Source: Amoebidium appalachense
Taxonomy: Eukaryota > Protista > Ichthyosporea
Reading direction: 5' to 3'
DNA: 64,000 nt
NCBI GenBank assembly: GCA_963693365.1
Contig: CAVNZM010000004.1
Coordinates: 12,697,945 to 12,761,944 of the forward strand
A program made the position numbers and the translations under genes. Below, in pieces: positions 39,729-64,000 of this stretch. The first letter of the stretch is position 1. The number at the start of each line of letters is the position of its first letter. Below the pieces are notes generated by a model. The model made no database searches, had not been told where the DNA came from, and saw only the letters and a program-made list of their open reading frames with translations.

Positions 39729-40627
39729 ATCTCATCCGCAGCAGGGGCCGGGCGGGCGCGAGGGCTGGCTGTGGCCCCCCCAGAGGCAGGCTGCCGGGGT
39801 GTGCGGGGAGCGGTGGGTGCCTGGTGCAGGCGGGCACCAGACAGGGACACGGCCAGCTGCACAGCGTCGGGTGCGTCGAGTGGGCGGCCAGAGGCAGCGC
39901 ACGACCGGCGGTGTGCATCCTCCCAGCGCATGATGGCAGCCCACTGGTACTCGGGTGCCAACTCAGTGGCCACAAACTCGGTGTGGGCCAGCAGGGCCGT
40001 GACGGGGGCGTCGGCGTTGATGCGTAGGCGTAGCAGCTGCAAGATGCAGCGCAGGTAGGTCTGCAGGTCCGGGCACAGGGCGGGCTGGCGCTGGGTGCCA
40101 GGCGTCTGCAGCACAACCGTGCCAGCAGGCAGGCCAGGCAGGGAAACCGGCTGGCGCTGCGTGTGGACAGAAGAGCATGTGGGCGGCAGCAGGTCGAGTA
40201 AAGCGAAATGCTGCATAGGCTCGAAGATGGCAGCCCCCCCGGACCTCCGGGGACAGGTGGGGGCAGGGTGGGTTCGACTGGCTGCGCTGGCTGGCCCCCC
40301 AAACGGCCAGTTGCAGGGCATTGGGCGGCGGAGGCAGCTGGTGCATGTCGCCGCCCTGAGGGTCCTCCTCACGGGGGCGCTTGTTGGCGTTGCCGGGGGG
40401 TTGCTCTACAGCATCCACGGCCCCCGCCGCAGCGGCAGGGGGCCCCGTGACAGTGGGGTTCCTACCGGTTCCGCCCCCGCCAAGGTTGACGAGGTGGGGG
40501 AAGGCGCGCAGGAGAAGATCTTGCTGGGAAGGGGGGGCCGGGCTGGCCTGCAGGGCCTGACGGGTCGCGTTGGCCACCTCAGAAGCAAACATGCGAATGG
40601 TCGCTGCCAGCTCAGGGGTCAGGGCAA

Positions 40628-40675
<48 letters not shown>

Positions 40676-40748
40676 CGTCCTGCACAGGAGGGCGCGCCTC
40701 CTGCCCTGCCTGTGCTGCAGGGCCATTGTCTGTTGGGTCTACTTCCAT
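39566..40748 (-). CDS. Ngaro ORF1 (gag-like) with CCCH/CCHC zinc fingers; frameshift at the homopolymer ~40234-40240
   Basis: ATG at 40748 lies just inside repeat A1, followed by poly-Q. The C-terminus ICRGFNTAKGCTRKGPNPCRYKHACLKCGSAAHGAHAC overlaps the RT ORF. Removing one G from the run joins the two frames. Confidence 0.8.
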
Positions 40749-40752
40749 ACTT

Positions 40753-41030
40753 GAGCCGCCGTGTGCTAGCCACCGAAAACGCAATCGTGCTAACAAAAAC
40801 CGTACGTGCAGCACACGGCGAAAACGAAGGTGGCCTGCATCTGCAGTGTGCTGCGCCGGAAATACCGGCGCTGGTGGCGCCTGACGTCAGGCGCTGCGCC
40901 AGACCGATGTCAGCCGCCGCTGCGGCTGCGCCTGGCGCCGCGGCCCGTGACGTCATGGGCCGCCCGGCTGCCTGCGCCCGAAGTGATCCGTGAAACATCT
41001 TTCATCTGCTGCGCATATGAAACGTACATT
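40753..41030 (-). repeat. Ngaro 5' repeat A1
   Basis: Matches 24228-24505. Confidence 0.93.
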
Positions 41031-42898
41031 TTTCTACAACCTAGATCATACAATTTCAAAACTTCATCGACGCGACATCTTTATTACGTGATACACCAAT
41101 ATACTGACACGGCATGTGAGTTATAATACTGGGATATACAAATATATCCAAAATTCGAACTTCTTCCTAAGTACTTGGGGGCGCTCTATAGTATTAGTAT
41201 TGATACCTTCTTGTCATCTTGGATGTGACCAATATGGGGTGTTAGTAAAGACATAAATACGAAGCTTCATGTGTCACTTGTACTGTCGATGCTGTGTGGT
41301 AGGCGGTAGTTCCCTCGAGGGCCTGTCCTCCGGAAACAAAACGTGTTAAGATAATAAAAAAAAAAACGAATGTCGTGAACTGAGTCTCAATGCCGTGCAG
41401 TGCTGCAAGTCACAAGCATGATTATGCAAACTTTATATATATTAACAATTGATTTAGATTCTGAAACGGAACGAGCATCAATTTCCAAGCTGTGTTGCAA
41501 TAAATCTTACGAAGAGTACGACTGTGATAATGACACGTGAAGATGCTTTAGCAACAAACTAAAATCAACATGGGTACTTTGTTTCCTTTGATTTCGATGG
41601 CAGAAAGTGCCTTTATCCCCCCCCCCCCCCGGGGTCATAAACGTATCCGTTGTAGAAGTCTCGCTTGCAATTTGCTACCCGAGCCCCCAGGCCTGAGTGC
41701 ACATGCCAGTCAACCGGCAACACTGCCGGTCAAGTATCAGAAGCTTTTCCCAATGACCATGCAAAAAAATGATACAAGCCCGTAAGTGTACGTACATATG
41801 TCCCGCACAGACACAAAAACTCGTTACCCACAGTTCATATGGATGCACACACATGTCAACACATTAGGCTGTCCATGTACAAACGAGGGCTCAGCCCCCC
41901 CCCTCCCCCCTCCCCCCCCCCCCCCTCCCGGCTTGTAATTCCACGCGCGTGCGGGCATGCAGGCACGCAGGCAAACATGCACACATGGACGCACGGCACA
42001 CGGACACAGACGCACGTACGCACGCACACACACAGGCACGCTTAGCTTATCAACTCGGCCATCCCTCACCATCAACACATATTTCCGCATTTACACCTTT
42101 TCTTTATTCTCAGATTTGGTTTTTTGGGCCCTGTGAGGTTGTTAAACTCCGGTGACCGTCAAATACTCTCGTGATAGGATATGTGGTGTGTCGATTCACC
42201 AGGCATAGACGCTAGCGAGTAGATACCCCCTCTATGACAGTCCCCAGGCCTCTCTTAGCCACATGTACACTGCAGGCCGCCTGGGGGTTGGTTTGGTATC
42301 AGATTTACAAGGCTGCCAAACATGTTGTCGCAGAAAGAGAGGAAATGTCGTGTATTTGTGCAGGTACTATCGTAAACACTGGTGATGCGAATAGGGGTAG
42401 TGGGGGACCTGGGGTGGGTAGGGGGGTTGGTGGTTGGGCGAGAAGGGGAATGGGGCTGGGGGGGGGGGGGGGGGAGAGGGGGGGGAAGGGGAGGGGGGGG
42501 GGGGGGGGGGGGGGATATCAACGTGGACGGAATAGGCTTTCAATATGTTCCCGATACAACAGCCCGCACTCTAGTGTGGGACTCAAGTACTCAGTGCTGG
42601 GTGGGCCAATTATGTAATCGGACATGCTCCAGTCTCTGGCATAGGAGATATCTACAGGGGCTCGCCCATGTGTCCCGAAGAGGACTGAATTTTATATTGC
42701 CTATGTATCATGTCCATCCCCCCCCCCCCCCCCCCCCCCCCAAACTCCTCCCCCTCCTTCTCCTCCCCCCAACCCCTCTTTTCCTCCCGGTTCCTCAGCC
42801 TAACCATCTCTAGCTGATGTGTCCCCGATGTGCAATCCTCCCACTCAAAGATCCAAGTGGTTCACTGCATATCTTGTGCTGTTCTATATGGCACCCAC

Positions 42899-63436
<20,538 letters not shown>

Positions 63437-63961
63437 CTGCACAGGGCTGTCCAATCAAAACAGCTCATGGTTAGTTGCCCAGCCAATCAAATGTGACGGT
63501 GTATCATGCTTGTATGAATGTTATGGGAATAATGGTCTGCAGGTGGGGGAGGAAGTCATATAGAATAATGTATTCTACACGGAATGTAACCACACATTCC
63601 GTGCTTGCAGGTAGAGCACCTAAGTGAGCAACAATCTAGACTTCTAGAAAACTCAAATAGAACGAGACCTCTGCTACTTACCAACACACAAGCTATATAG
63701 ATATCAAGCTCAAATAAATATACCAATAGAAGATTCAAGCCTGCGAGTCTGCCTATTCACCGATCAGGTATGAGAAACCACCAACGTGTGTGCACTAGCT
63801 GCCAAGCAAAGTGAAACTCGGACACATTGCATATGTGCACACACGTGAAGAAGAAGTAATCTGGGAAAACTCAATAATAGTCTATTCGGTAAATGTCGAA
63901 AGGGAATGTTTTTTGCAGGTATCGTGGGTGGTGGATGGTGATGAGGCGGTGGTGGTGGTGG

Positions 63962-64000
<39 letters not shown>

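Larger units (their letters stand above)
23979..41030 (-). mobile_element. Ngaro-type tyrosine-recombinase (DIRS order) retrotransposon with split direct repeats, disrupted by nested insertions
   Basis: Minus-strand order: A1 (41030-40753), gag, RT/RH, YR, B1 (24635-24501), A2 (24505-24228), B2 (24113-23979). The A copies (278 bp) look identical by eye and the B copies (~135 bp) near-identical. ACATT occurs at both termini and at the B1/A2 junction. Confidence 0.92.

Noticed and set aside
41824-42898. Candidate last exon of the SMC gene
   Set aside because: Several possible acceptors, none giving a convincing SMC C-terminus; left unassigned.

Overview
Repeat-rich eukaryotic genomic DNA with spliceosomal introns full of poly-C/poly-G, (CA)n and (GA)n tracts. 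Nearly all short ORFs in the supplied track are translations of these tracts. Host genes: a 4-exon HSPBAP1-like JmjC gene (minus, 1310-5984), a divergently transcribed single-exon secreted orphan (6739-7359), and the 3' part of a divergent, intron-rich SMC2-like gene (minus, ~42.9-63.4 kb, 5' end beyond the window). Between them is a ~30 kb transposon nest. (i) A 6-exon, ~1540-aa DDE/DxxH transposase with an intact WRN-type DEDDy 3'-5' exonuclease inserted inside its catalytic core. (ii) An internally deleted Helitron with an intact hairpin-CTAG end. (iii) An Ngaro-type tyrosine-recombinase retrotransposon (A1-gag-RT/RH-YR-B1-A2-B2, 23979-41030). The Ngaro is interrupted by a deleted Copia LTR element (GGGCC TSD), a 7.7 kb non-coding TIR element carrying tandem arrays, and an inverted piece of the Copia LTR. 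Top leads: the exonuclease-bearing transposase, poly-C tracts just downstream of degenerate 5' splice sites, a possible intron before the Ngaro recombinase, and a 160-bp three-hairpin repeat. All exon models and family calls were made by eye; no searches were run.
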